The position numbers and the translations under genes are program-made. From Vitrella brassicaformis CCMP3155 (taxonomy: Eukaryota; Protista; Chromerida), in assembly GCA_001179505.1 (NCBI GenBank), contig CDMY01001064.1, positions 151,499-215,498 of the forward strand: 64,000 nt of DNA, written 5' to 3'. The notes below the pieces were generated by a model that saw only the letters and a program-made list of their open reading frames with translations, ran no database searches and was not told the DNA's origin. This document shows positions 37,274 to 51,000 of the stretch, one piece after another. Position 1 is the first letter of the stretch. Every line of letters starts with the position of its first letter.

Positions 37274-38624
37274 CACCCAATCTATCTGTCTCTCCTCTCG
37301 CTCTCGCTTTTTCGGGCCACACGCTCCCTCCCACAAATAAAGTTCTCACGGGTTCCTACGTACGCGACTTGCGTATATCTTTCTCTCGTGGGCGTGTTGG
37401 TGTGTTGAGTGCATACCTACACATGATGATAGCACACGCAGGTGTAGGCAGGCAGGCAGGCAGGCAGGTGTGTTTTGGCAAGACAAAGACCGCCTTCCCG
37501 AAAAATGGCCTCATGGCCGAGCATCTCCCTGCCTCCCTGCGTACCAGCCTGCCTGCCTGTAGGTCTGTCTGTATCCCGCCTCCCTCCCTGTCTGTCCGTT
37601 TGTCCGTCCGTCTGTGGGTCCGTCCGTCCGTCCATTTGTGTGGGCGAATTTTCCCTCTCGAACAAAGCATCGATCGATGACATACATACATGATGGATGG
37701 TGTGACCCACCCCACCTCGCCCCACCCCACCCCACCCCCGTGATGCCCGTCTGCCTGGCCGCCAGTGTGTCTGTCTGCCTGCCTGCCCACCGCATGTGAA
37801 AGAGATGTGGTGAGTCCGTCACCATACTGCCTGCCCGCCCTTACCCCCCTCGCCCCCTGTCCCTCTGTCTGCCACATGTTTTCCGGTTCTGTTTTGTGTT
37901 GTGTTGTGTTGTGTTGTGGTGTATTCTGCTGTGTTCACTGCGCAAGTCCGTGCTGCGCGGGTCGTGTACAGAACAGAGAGATACCCATCCACCAAGGCAG
38001 GCAGGCAGGGAGGGAGCCACGGAGCTAGCGGACACGACAACGGTTTTTTCATCCGTCACACCCACACCACACCACATTCCACCCACTCGCTAGGCTGGTC
38101 GGTCGGTCGGCTGTGTTGTATGGTCGTTCTAGGCTGTCCACAGTAGGCCAGCCACTCACGCACACGCACACGCAACGATTCTCACACACACGCGCGCGGA
38201 CGCACCAACAAACCCACACACACTCGCTCACACAACGCTCTCTCGTCTCGTCTCGTCCGCGTCATGTCGATAAGCACACACTGGCCGGCTGTTTGGTCGG
38301 TCGCTCGGTCGGTCGTTGGGTGTTGTGATTAGCAATATGACGTGCATGCGTACACACATACATACATACATACGCGGACACTTGCGTGGTGTGCATGGTG
38401 CACGGTGCATGCTGCATGAGAGGGGGGACACACACACACACAGGGGGGGCCCACTCACTGACACACAGACCGAGATCACTCACTACACTAAAGCTGCTAC
38501 GGACCAACACACGAACACACGAACGGACGGATGCGGAGGGAGGGAAGGAGGAGGGCCGCGTGGGCATTGCCCCCGTGTTTAGCTTAGCTAGCTGTCGATG
38601 CGACTCAACCAGCACAGTGCATAC

Positions 38625-38656
<32 letters not shown>

Positions 38657-38659
38657 GAG
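38625..38659. repeat. (GA)n microsatellite (one example of many)
   Basis: Directly visible. Confidence 0.95.
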
Positions 38660-39283
38660 GCAGAGAGGGTTTAGGAGAGAGCACATACATACATACATAC
38701 ATTCAACGAGAGAGGAGGGGAGAGGCGAGGTGAGGGGTCTTTTGCTGCTGCTGCTGCTGCTGGTGCTACCCTGCTGGTGCCTGCTACTTTGCTGCTGTGA
38801 TGGCTGTACTCTACCTACTAACTTACTGCCTACTGCCTACGACCTACGTTCAACCTGTCTGTCTGTCCAGCTAGAATGAAGGACAGAGAGGCGAGGCGAG
38901 GCCACCACAACCGCCGCCAGAGAGAAGCGTGCGATAGAAACCTACACAAAGAGAGATAGAGACGCGCAGACAGACCAAGTCCAGAGGGGGCGCGGCGCAG
39001 CGCAGCGCAGCACAGACCAACCAACGAACGATCCATTTTTCAGCTTCTCTTCTTGGCGGCCGGCCCATTCATTCACTCGCCACACACACGCGCCAGTCAA
39101 CTGACAGATAGCCTGAATGACAGACAGCGACGGATCCATCTATCATCGATGCCATGACTCCTCTCTCTCACTATCTTACTGACTGACCCCCTTGCTTGCC
39201 TTGCGTGTGGTGTTTGTTTGCCTGCCATGGTGTCTGTCTGTGCTAGTTAGTGGTGTAAATGCGTCCATCGATGGAGTGGATGG

Positions 39284-39328
39284 ATGTGATGTGATGTGAT
39301 GTGATGTGATGCGATGTGACGTGATGTG
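39284..39328. repeat. (GTGAT)n pentanucleotide microsatellite
   Basis: About 9 tandem, slightly imperfect copies, directly visible. Confidence 0.9.
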
Positions 39329-39643
39329 CACATGGGGCGCCGCACACAACGGGATGTGATCTGATGAATGAATGACAGGTGGAGCGGCGCGGCTGACATC
39401 GACAAGGCAGGGTCGAGCGGCGTGGGCGGGCATACGGACGTACTTGGCCAAGTACAGACTGACTGGCTGTAGGATTCGCACACCACGGGCAGGCAGTATT
39501 GCTAGCGTGGTGACTGGGGGGGTGGATGGAGGGAGGGAGGGAGGGAGCGGCGGGTGCATCATATGATGTGACACAAGCATGATGACGCGCCGTGGTGTGA
39601 GGGGAGTGGACGGAGGGTGCGGGGTGGGGGGCAATTCATAATG

Positions 39644-39943
39644 NNNNNNNNNNNNNNNNNNNNNNNNNNNNNNNNNNNNNNNNNNNNNNNNNNNNNNNNN
39701 NNNNNNNNNNNNNNNNNNNNNNNNNNNNNNNNNNNNNNNNNNNNNNNNNNNNNNNNNNNNNNNNNNNNNNNNNNNNNNNNNNNNNNNNNNNNNNNNNNNN
39801 NNNNNNNNNNNNNNNNNNNNNNNNNNNNNNNNNNNNNNNNNNNNNNNNNNNNNNNNNNNNNNNNNNNNNNNNNNNNNNNNNNNNNNNNNNNNNNNNNNNN
39901 NNNNNNNNNNNNNNNNNNNNNNNNNNNNNNNNNNNNNNNNNNN
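39644..39943. other. assembly gap (300 N)
   Basis: Run of N. Confidence 1.
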
Positions 39944-42448
39944 GGGGGGGAGCCTACATACGGATGGATGGATGGACAGCATGCTAAGCTAACGGCACCG
40001 ACATTTCTTTCGCGAAATTTTCCTGCGAAATGACCTTAACGCTTCTAACTCACTCAACCACTATATCACTCACTGCCTACTAGATGCCCTCCCTTTTCTT
40101 TCCATGGATGGATAGATGGATTGACGCCCGTGCCAGAGAGACCCTCGCCCGCCTGCCTGCCTGCCTGCCTGCCCCATACGCAGCCCAGCGCAGCACATGG
40201 ATTTTTCCAGACACGGCGGAGGCAAACCATGGCAACGGGCAGCGAAGGATGCAGCACGCAGCACGGCCTTCTGGTTACTTGGCGTTTTCTAAAGCCCTTC
40301 TGTCTGTCTGTGTCCATCTAGACTCGCCCGCCCCAGACAGTCAGTCGTTTCAATGGCTGTCTGTCTGTTTTCAAGACGTGCGACGGGCGGCAGACAGACA
40401 GGCGTGTGTGTGTTAGATGGATGGAGTGAAATGCAATTCCTTTTTGCTGTCGTTGTTGGGCGGACGTGGGGTGGGTGGCTTTGGGGTGGTGGGAAATTGG
40501 CTGGACGCATCGGTACGCATCAATGTGAGAGCAGGCAGGCATTAGCATTTTTTACGGCTTGAATGAATGGCGATGGCTTGGATGGATGAGGTACCTGACC
40601 TGACCGATGGGCGGAAGACAAGACAAGGCAAGGCTGGCCGGCTGGCCGAATGGACGAGTGAATGAGTGGACGAACGATGCACCCGTGCATGTGTGTGTGT
40701 GTGCGTGTGTGCGTGTGCGTGTTAATTGCATAGAAGAAAGGGCGTCATCCATCATCCATCCATCCATCCATCCATGTGTGTGTGTTGTCTTCCTTCTTTA
40801 CTAGTGTCCTCCCGATCTAATTCCATTTTGCAATGGCGACAAACAATACTACTACTGCTATGGGTGGTGGTGGTGGTGGTGTGGTGCATGTGTGTTTTGT
40901 GTTCGTGTGTGTGAATGGACGCGCAAGTGTGCGTGAGCGAGCCGGTGAGGGAGGGCGTGGCGTGCGTCTGTCCGAAACAATGCATGAATGGATGGATGGA
41001 TGGGTGGATCTTTACTTACACGAAAGAGAGGGAGGGGGACGGCCCAGGGCAGGTGAGGTGCCAATGACGGCCTGCAGCAAAGGAAGGAAGGTCTGACGGT
41101 AGATTTTTGACGCGGTCAGAGAGAGGTGGGCCTGCCCTGTAGATGAATGGCTGTCTGTCTGTCTGTCTGTCTTGAGGATACTGTCTGTCTGTCTGCCGAT
41201 TGGTTCGGAGAGCTGGCGTGGCAACAAGGGCGGGGCAGTGCAGGGCCGGCCTGTCGGACCGATGGCTGTAGTGGCCCTGCCCCTGCCCGCCCGCCCGGTC
41301 GTTTGTCTGTCGCCCAGCTATGCTCACGGACTGTCTCACTCGCCTCGCCTCCATCTGTCTTTGTCGCATCATTGTGGATGTGTGGTATGGCCACCACCGT
41401 CTTTCTCACACGCCGATGGGCAGGCAGCTCCCTCCACACATCCATCCCTCCCAGCATCAATGCGTTGGTACCATTCCATTACGTGTCAAGTGCTAGCTAG
41501 TGTCGCTCTCTCCCTGCATGCCTGTCTGTCTGTCTGCCCGTCTGCCTGTGTGTCGCTGTGTGTCGTGGCTGTATGCGCGTCGATTTGTCTGGACGTCGCT
41601 GATGCGCTGATGCGCTGCATTGCATTGCGTGCCATCCACCATGCCACCTATCACGTCAGTCAGTCACAGTCATCCGTCACGCTATGCTACTCACCCACCT
41701 GTTGATATCAGTCAGTGCACTGCAGCCATCACACACTCACACACACACACACACACGTGTAGTTACCAACACACTCAGAGAGCGATGCACTGTAGACGTA
41801 GTGCGGTGCCGTTGTGGGCGATGGGAGAGGATACCTACCTACCGAGAGCAGGGGAAGAGGACAGGAGAGGACAGGTGAGGCGAGGTGAGGTGTAGAGAAG
41901 GGGCAGCCGATCGCATCGCGGCTCCCATTCAGTCATTCCCCATGGGTGTCGTCACGTGTCGTGTGCAGTGCCAGCCAGTGAGTGACAAGGGATGGATGGC
42001 TGGCTGCTAAGATTTTTCAGCTCTCTCTGTCGTGTCTGGCTGTCTGTCTGCCTGTCGTATTCTTCTCACGTTGGACTCTCCACACGCTGGCTGCACGCTA
42101 GGCCTTTCTGGATCGCTTGCTCGCTCGACTGGCTGGCTGACTCGTCTGTCTGTCTTCGCTCGTCGGTGTGTGTGTCGATTTCGATTGGTACAGACAGGAT
42201 GGCAATGTGTGTGATGTAGGTGACATACATGCCAATGGCATGCATGGGTGGTGTGGTGTGTGAATGCGTGTCTGCATCATGCATGATGTGTGGGTGCACA
42301 ATTTGTCCCTCTATGGCCGGCATTGCATACAAACGTGTCATCATGTGATAATGGTGGACCGACGGACGGACACACGCAGGTACCTCAAGAATAGATGCTT
42401 AGCAGTCGTACCCAACGGTCGCCAAAATAATAGTACGCGGCGTCAGCG

Positions 42449-44211
42449 ATGATGTGGAGGTGCGTGTGCGCGGGGGCCTTTGCGCTGACCCTCCTCTCCT
42501 CAGGTAGGCCCACAAATCAGATGTCCTCTGATGCTCTTCGTCGATTCCTTTCCGTCATTCTCTCGGCAGGTGTGGCGCAGCAGGCTGACGCAGCTGTGAA
42601 AACGCCCGAACGTGACCCCGGTGCGTGTGCCACCACGGCACAAGAACGAAAAATTGTGTGTCTGCTTCCGTGTCCCGTGTGTCATCCCCAGTGCGTGTGA
42701 GCTGCCCGCCGGCACGGCATCTCAACCTCAAGGCCCCTGTGGGCGGCTCGGCCATCCACACACTCAGTGGTCGCGGCAACTTCATCAGGATACACCAGAG
42801 CTACCTCAGCAGCATCACAGGAGTACTGACAACGAGCTTCAAGGTCTATGACGGCACCGCTGGCAGCGGGGAGACGGCCACGGCCGCCGCACCGCTGCCG
42901 GGCTCCGACGGCAAGCTCAGGCTGGCGCAGCAGCTCAAGAGCAGAAAGATATTCTTCGAGGTCAGCAAGCCAGCCAGCCATGTGGCGGGTGTTGTCTGTC
43001 CCTCACTGGTACATTGATTGATTTGTGTAGCCTGCGGAGGAGGTCACCCTACTGGACGGATCCAGCGACACCGGCGGCTCTCTAGGGCTCGAGTGCCTCG
43101 ACAGGGCTGTGAGCGGCACGACGGAGAAACGAAACATCACATTCGCCATAGGTAGGGGGGTTACCTAAGGGGATGAGTCGGTCGATGGGAATGGGCTCAT
43201 CTGTCCGTGTGTGTGCAGGTTATGACATTGAGATAGATGGCCTGGTCACTTCCCTGGCGGCGGAAGTGACCTGCACCGCTAGATTCACTTGCGGTAAGCA
43301 CGTGGGTGGTGGGGTGTGCGTCGCCGGGTGTACTAGCTGCTTCTGTCTGTCTGTCTGTCTGTGTTGATGTTTTGCTGGCGTGACCCAGAGGGCGACGCCA
43401 TCAAGAAGAAGAAGGTACCACGCGCGCCACGTCCGGGGGCAATTGGCAATTGGCCGCTCCCATGCCTGTCTGTATGTTCTTCGGCCTTCATTCATTCAGG
43501 AGGATCTGGTGCGTCAGATGAGGGGTCTGAAGTGTCACCGGCTCAAAAAGGTCAAGAATAGCCCCTTCACCAGCGGCTTCGTGGAGGTGGACTGCACCGC
43601 CGCCGACTGCTCACTACCAGAGTATGTAATTGATGTAGATACCGATGATCTTCACACACCACACCACACCATACCACACCCTCCCCTCCCCTGTGCATGC
43701 CCACAACCGTGTCTACAAACACAGGTATTCTGGTGACAACTGGCGGGAGATAGAGGAGCCTTTGTCGCCAGCGGCCCTCGAGGGCATCCTGTCACGGCAG
43801 GCCGCCACCGAGGCGCCACAAGAGCAGGAAGCAGAGGCCACACAAGCACCGGGTGAAGCCAGTGACAATGGCGACGCTGATGCTGCCATGGGCGGCTCGT
43901 CATCGGTCCAGCGAGGGTTGGTGTGCAGGGGGGTCAAGAGGATGCGGCGCACCGAGCAAGGACAGCTGATGGTGGCCGACTGCATGGAAGTCGACTGCAG
44001 CTCGCCACAGGTGATTGGTTCATTGACTGAGTGCGTGAGGCCGTGAGACGGTCAGGTGGAGTTCTTGTGTGTGTGTCTCTCTCCTGTCCTGTTGTGTGTG
44101 TCTCCTCTCCAGTACAAGGGATGGGAGGAGCATGAGGTGGATCTCCCTGAGAGGCAAGTGACGCACCTGCTCACCACCAGTGACGACTCGGACATACTGA
44201 CACTCGTCTAG
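42449..44211 (+). CDS. secreted hypothetical protein with duplicated three-Cys C-terminal module, about 9 exons
   Basis: Spliced signal peptide MMWRCVCAGAFALTLLSSG|VAQQADA. In-frame joins were checked at 42504-42569, 42621-42690, 43622-43724 and near 44010-44112. Ends DILTLV*. Confidence 0.65.
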
Positions 44212-45593
44212 CCAGCCACACCCAGACATATCCGTACTCTCTTGGCGCGTAGGTAGGCAGGTACGCAGGTAGGCTGTGGGTGTGTAGGGATATGTGGGTG
44301 GTTTGCGTCTCTGCGTAATTGAAGGCAAGGCAAGGCAAGAAAAGGCAAGAAAAAGCAGATAGAGAGACATGTGTATGTATGTATGTGCAGTCCGTCATGT
44401 CACGTGCGCCGTCCGGCTGTCTGTTTTTGAGTGTGTGCATTGCATTGATTGCATTGGACTGAGTCACTACATCACACCGCATCATCTCGTCTCATTCCAT
44501 CTCATCCGTCGTACAGAGTCCACCTGTGGAGGTAGGTTCATCCGCCTGCTGGAGGGGTCAGTGGGTGGGTGGGGAGAAAAGGGGGCTGGCTGGTGTGTCG
44601 ATATATACCTCCATCCATTCCGCTGCTGCTGCTGCTGCTTGTCACATACATCCACCTTGCAGGATGTTTTCTAATGGACAAGTGGGGGGAGGGAGGGAAA
44701 CGGGAAAGAGACACCACACACGCCAGACAGACAGACAGACAGACAGAGAGTGATGTGGATGGATGGATGGATGGTAGGCCTTGCGACATCCTGGTGGTGT
44801 TTGTAAGGTAGTCCCGCGATGGATGGACGGACGGACGGACCGACTCATGCGCCCAGTGGTGTCCTGTCTTTCTTCGTGTGGTTGTGCTTGTTTGTTCGCA
44901 CGAAATTGATCGCCAGAAGCGTGATGCCACCCAGCTTGTCCTTCTAGGGTGTGTGTGGCTTCAGCAGTGACTGTGGTGGGGGTGCGTGCGGGGGATGTGA
45001 GACGGACGGATGGTCGAGGGACAAGTACGGACGCAAAGCCGCTTGATTTCACTTGCTGGCTGCACGCACAGAATGTCGGTCAGGCGGTCGATCTAGTCAT
45101 CTAAATCACAGACACACGGCACGAGCAACCAGAAGGTCTCGACCAGGCAATGCCAGGCCATCCACGCATCCAAACGTGTGCACGTCTGTCTACGCGTCCA
45201 TCCATCCGTCCATCCATCCACGGAGTGCTACCTATGCAGCAGACAGCCAGCAGGAAATGGCGGTGGCTAGATCGGTCAAGTAAGTAGTGGGTCGGCGCCC
45301 TGCGTGGCTTGCTTCTACACACTCCCTCCCCCCCTCCCTCCCCATTGCCCCCAACACGCACAGCACACATACGTTCATCTTATGAATACACGTATCGTAT
45401 CTATGTATAGATGGGTGGGTGAATGGATAGATGGATAGATAGCAGCTACGGCAGGAAAAGAGTACCCTGACACACACACACACACACACACTCGTGCGAC
45501 CGTCGTGTGCCATTGCCTCCCTCCGTCAATCCCTTCCTCCCTCCCTCCCTGTCTGTCTGTCTGTCTGTGTAGGTACCGTTTGTATCTCTTTAT

Positions 45594-47780
45594 TTAGATG
45601 TCCTGCAGGTCGTCGTCCTTCTCCATCTCGGCTATCTCGCTCTCCAGCGCCTTCAGGTCCACTAGCTCGGGCATCTCGCCCTCCTCCTCACCCTCCTCCT
45701 TGCCCTCCTCCTCCTCGGCAGCACCACCGCCCTCACCGCCCTCGCCCTCGCCCTCCTTCTCACCCTCACCGCCCTCAGCGGCCGCCGCGGCAGCTGCCTT
45801 GGCGGCTTCTTTCTCGGCGGCCTTGCGTTTCTTGTCCTCCTCCTTGGCCTTGATCTTGGCCTGCAGGTCCGTCTGCTCCGCCAGCAGGGCCTTCTTGCTG
45901 TCGGTGAGGGTCTTGCGCCAGGCCACGTCCGCCTGCCGCACCTTGACCAACGCCGTGAGGAAGCGGTGGAGGGCCCCCAGGGGCGGGTGGGTCTTGTCGA
46001 TGTCCTCGATGGTCGGGAAGGCCTCGACGGCCGCGGCTATCTTGGCGATGCGCTGTGTGGGGTGGGTGTAGGTCTTGACGCCCGTGGGGTCGTATGCGAT
46101 GAGGTCGGCGAGGGGCTGCTCGCCCCAGAGGGCGCGGGTGGGCTCCCACGATGGCTTGGTCTTGCCCGGCACCGACATGGCCGACGGGGGGTGGCCCAGC
46201 ACCGTCAATGCCGTCGACACGATCGGCACGTGGAAACTCTCACTAAGAAGCACAACAGGAGAACGGGGAATGAGGGAACCGACAGGTCTGCACACTGATC
46301 TCTCTATGCGTGTCTGTGTTGTGTGGTGTGGTGTGGTGTGGCTGACTTACGGTATCTTGTTGGTGGCGAGTTCGAGGAGGTGCGTCTGGAGGTGCTTGAG
46401 CAGCTGCGCCATGCCCTGGTAGTGGGCCTTGAGTGAGGCCACCTTCTTGGCCTCGTCCGTCACAGCGACCCCCGCCTCCTCTAGCTTAGCCATGGCCTCC
46501 TTCTCGCCCTCCTCTATCACCTCGTTGACCACCTCCAGCCCCTTGGTCACGGCCTCCTGCGCCGCCCCCACCCACCCCTCCTCCCTCTCCTTGGCGGCCT
46601 CCCACACGGCGGCCTCCTCGGTGCGGCGCAGCGCCTCCCCCACACTGTCGGCTATCTCCTCTATGCACCCCACTACGGATGAGGGCAGGGGCCTCGACTG
46701 GCCCAACGTGTCCAAACACAGGGCGTACTTGACCTCCACACCCGGCAACTCGGGCAGCGGGATCTCCGGGACGGCCTCCTCGGGCTCCATGGCCGCCTCG
46801 CCGCCCTCCTTCTCGCCCTCCCCGCCGCCCTCTGCACCGCCCTCCTCTCCTGCCCCTGCACCAGCGGCCTCCTTCTCGGCGGCTTTCTCGGCCTCCTCTG
46901 CCTCCTTCTCGGCGCGCTGTGCCCGCAGCTCGGCGAGCTTGGCGTCGCGCTCCTTGACGGCCTTGATGTGCTCCACTGCTATGTCGATGCCGGCCGGGGA
47001 GATGCACGACTGATAGACGATGGGGACAGCGATGAAGGAGCCCAATCGGGTCATGTCGAAGAACTTGATGGGCTGCAGGGGCGGGGTGGCGTCGAGCACG
47101 TCCTCTACGTACACCGATGGGTAGGGGCGGCCCTTGGACTTGGAGGCCTGGCCCTCGGGGGCCTCCTCCTCCTCCTGACCCTCCTCTGCGACCACCTTCT
47201 CCCACACGCGCCATGTGGCCCCCTGCCCCTGCGGCAGGCACGTGCCCACCAGGCCCTTGTGCGATGCGCTGGCATGCACGTACCGCACCACCGGCGCGGC
47301 CTTCTCCTCCTCGGTGGCAGCGGTGTCGATGCCCTCACTGTCGGTGTCGAACAGGCCCACATAGACGCCCGTGGCGTTGGTGGTCTTCTCCACACACTCG
47401 ATGGCCTTCTCCCAGGCACCCTCACCAACCCACTGGGCGGTCGAGAGGAACTCCGAGAGTGCAGTGACCTCGGGGTTGGGCCAGGGGCTCCAGGGCGTGG
47501 GCGGGAAGACCGGACCCACCGCCAGAGCAGTCAGATCCTCGGCAGGAAGCTGCTGGGATGGCTGGGAGGGCTCCTCTGCGGGTGGTTTGGGCGGCCGTGA
47601 GGGCTCCTTGACGTGCTCCTTGGCGTGTGTGCGGAGCCATGTGGAGAGGAATGCGACGGCATCGACAGGCCGCTCTTTGGCTACGGCAGCGATGGCCTCG
47701 GTCAGGAGCTGCCCGACGGTGGACTGGAGGTAGTCCACGGCGCCTGAGGGGTCGTCGCTGCTACTCGATGACGACGCCAT
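45594..47780 (-). CDS. Dpy-30/RIIa docking domain + GAF-like domain protein, E/A-rich (radial spoke protein 2-like architecture); intron 46243-46350
   Basis: DYLQSTVGQLLTEAIAAVAKERPVDAVAFLSTWL is a Dpy-30/RIIa-type motif. GVYVGLF...VRYVHAS...GSFIAVPIVY...LCLDTLG is GAF-like. The splice CC|GTAAGT...TTAG|T is in frame. Confidence 0.75.
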
Positions 47781-48099
47781 CTCTCGCAATTATGCTATGC
47801 TGGCACACCTCGCCGTCAGCGTTTCACGGATCGCCATGCTCTAGGCCATGCTCGTGCGTAAACACATTTTCAAAAACGTGCTTCGTACAGAGCGGTGGCG
47901 GGTTGTTTCCGATGTGAAGGCAGCGGGGGAGTGTGCCCAGCCCATACGCTGGCCGCCCTCTTCCTCCCTAGTGCTTCCTCCCCTATCCCTCTTCCATCTC
48001 TATCTTGAAGGTGAGCCAACAGCGCTCGTGAAGGCCAGCAGGGGTGACAATGAGACGCACACACGTATCTGATGTGTTGTTGCTGCTGTCAGGTGGAAG

Positions 48100-51000
48100 A
48101 TGAGCGCCTCTGATGGCAGCGTCAGTGACGAGTCCACCGATGGTTCCAGGGGCTGGTGGCCCTTTCCTGGATGGCTACGGTTAGCGTCACCCCTGCTGCC
48201 CAGCCACCCGTCCGAGCCCCCGCTCCCCTACGTCCCTCCCTCCCTGCCCGCCCTGTCTTCTGAGGCCCCATCCACCGTCGACACACCCTCCCTCTCACGT
48301 ACTGATTCGTCCACCATCCCCTTGGCCCGCGGCATCACCCACCACCATCACGACAGGACAGCGTCAAGGTGGATACGCAGCTTCCTCCTGCCTACTTGGG
48401 CGTCCTCTGCCACAAGACGAGGCAAGACCCCACGGGCATGTGAGCGCAAGTCGGACTCGGAGGGTGCGCTGCCGTCTTCGTGCGATATGCTGCCGACGAA
48501 GGCCAAGGGAGGTGAGGGATGGATGGGCTGCCGCAAGAGGGGATGGCTCTGGTGGAGGTCCCAGTGCCGCATCATGTTGGTGTTTGTCTTGGTCGCTGTG
48601 GTGCTTTTGAACTTGCTCTTCAACCTTGGGGTGGTGTGGCCGGGCTGGGGGCGGGGGCAAGGGGACACTGGCGAGGCAGCATCTCCAAGCGCACAGTGGC
48701 AGCTGGGCACCAGGTCCGCATCGGCCACCGACGGCGATCGTGTCAAGGGTGCTGACAAGGGTGCATCGTCGGGCGAGGAGAGGAGAGAGGTGCCACGGCC
48801 CCCTCCTGCTTTCGTCGCCAGGCGAGACCTGAGACCTGCGGACCTCCACCGCGCACAGAAGTGCTCCGCCCACATGTCAGCCTACCTCTCGGAAGAGGAC
48901 CTGTGGAGCGCATCCCTTGCACAGTGCGAAGCCTTCTCGGCCATTGTGGACCTCAAGCAGTGCCCATTACTGTCCAATCGCTGTCTCTCGTTCTCCAACT
49001 GGCTCGACGGCGAGAACGCCATGAGGCGGCGATCGGTGAGGGACGCCATCGAGTTCACATGGCATCAATACGAGGAGCACGCATTCGGCCGTGACGAGCT
49101 GAAGCCCATCAGCGGGTTGGGCGACGACGCGTGGGGCGGCTTCGGTGTCCTCATTGTCGATGCCCTCGACACCATTCTCCTCGCCGATCTCCCGGACGTG
49201 GCCGCGAGAGCCCTTGATTGGCTGAAGACCAAACTCACCTACGACAAGGAGGTCAACGTGAACCTGTTCGAGACGACCATAAGGCAGCTGGGAGGCCTCC
49301 TGTCCACCTACTACCTGCTGCAGACGCCGGGCTCCCTCCAGACAAGGCAAGAGTGCCTGGATCGGCTGCTGGATGAGGCCAAGTCGCTGGGCGGTCGGCT
49401 GTTGAAGGCGGTGCCGGAGGGGACGAGGGCTGCTGACGGGGAGGAGAAGAGGGAGTGGGGTGAGGGGCCTCTCTGGCTCGACAGCCCGCCCGCATCGGAC
49501 ATCAAGCTCCACAGCGGCCACAGGCAGCATCTGGCGGGCTATACCTCTCTATCTGGTATGCAATTTCGGTTGTAGGGAGTCGGAACATCTTGTCCTGTCC
49601 TGTCCTGTCATGTGTGTCTCTTAGAGATCGGCACGATCACGCTGGAGTTCAAGACCCTCTCAGAGGCTTCTGGCGACTGCCAGTTCGCCGAGGCTGCGGA
49701 CGCTGTGGTAGAGCTGATTGAGCGCAAGCGGCAGCTGAGCGTCACGGGCCTGGCCCCCATCTTCCTCGACCCCAAGACACTCGCCACCCAGCGGGGCATC
49801 ATCTCCTTGGGAGCCAGGGGCGACAGTGTGTATGAGTATTTGGCAAAGGAGTGGATCCTCACCGGTCAGTACTGCAGTCAAGGCGATGCACACCACACCA
49901 CACCAGACCTCATTAGACCACACCCGTCGTCTCCTGTCTGTCGGCCTGTTGTGTTGTGCTGCCACCCACCACAGGCCGTCGCGACAAGTTGTTGGAGTCG
50001 ATGGTCACCGGGTTCCTACGCAAGCTGGCCGACACCATATCGCACACGGCACAGCCGCCCCAGCTGCCTCAGGGGTCCATGTCGGCGACCTGGGGCGAGG
50101 CTGAGGGCGGCATTGCCTACCATGATAGGGGGCTCGTCTACGTGGCGGAACTTCAAGGCTCAAAGATCGCCAAAATGGACCACTTGGTGAGTGCGGATGG
50201 GAGGGAGGCGCATGACACACACCAGCAGCAGTCACTGGTTCGTTCTTCAGGTGTGTTTTCTGCCGGGCCTGCTGATGCTCATTGCTCGCAGCGGGTTTGT
50301 CCAGCCGTCGTCCAAGAGCCCACCGAAGTGCGACATGGCATCCTTCCCGCCGGCAAGTGGCCCCTGCAGCAGTATCGACGAGGGGGGTGCTGCTTACCTG
50401 GAACGATTGGCAGATGAACTCACCAAGACGTGTGTCACCATGTACTTCAGGACCAAATCGGGTGAGGGAGACACAGACAGGGAGACGAGCACTACCCGCA
50501 CACAGACAGCATCAGCTTTCTCCCTGCTGCCACCGGTTTGTGTGCAGGATTGGCGCCTGAGATAGTTCGCTTTTCTCATGACGACATGACGGACGACAGC
50601 GGCTCGATGCACTCGTTGCTGCGGCCTGAGACGCTGGAGTCCCTCTTCTACATGGCCGAGCTCGCGCCGCACCCCGACTACTTCACTCACCCCCCGCCCC
50701 GTCCCCCGACAGGCACGGAGAGCGACGGCTTGTTCACGCTGGAGAGCATCGAGGGTGCGAGGAGGCGGCGTGATGTAGAGGACCGTGAGTATGTGGATAG
50801 GTATGGGTTGAGGTGGCGGAATTGGGGTTGGCGGATATTCCTGGCGACCGTCGCAAACGCCAAGGTGGCGCACGGATTTGCCTCTGTCGATAATGTACAG
50901 ACGGTCAGTCCGTCCGTCCGTCAAGGAAAGGCAGGGAGGGAGGGGGGGAGGGAGGGAAGACAAGAGCACATCCACCGGACGCCTTGTTGTCTTTCTGGAT

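Noticed and set aside
36000-42400. CRISPR-like, telomeric, tRNA or rRNA sequences
   Set aside because: Repeats are 2-5 nt microsatellites without spacers. No telomere-type arrays, cloverleaf or rRNA signatures were recognised by eye here or elsewhere in the window; tRNAscan/Infernal were not run.
46429-47733. Long overlapping or antisense ORFs over GC-rich genes (also 48967-49530, 29145-30017, 32399-33049, 34263-35075)
   Set aside because: Stop-poor shadows of GC3-biased coding sequence; no motifs or splice logic of their own.
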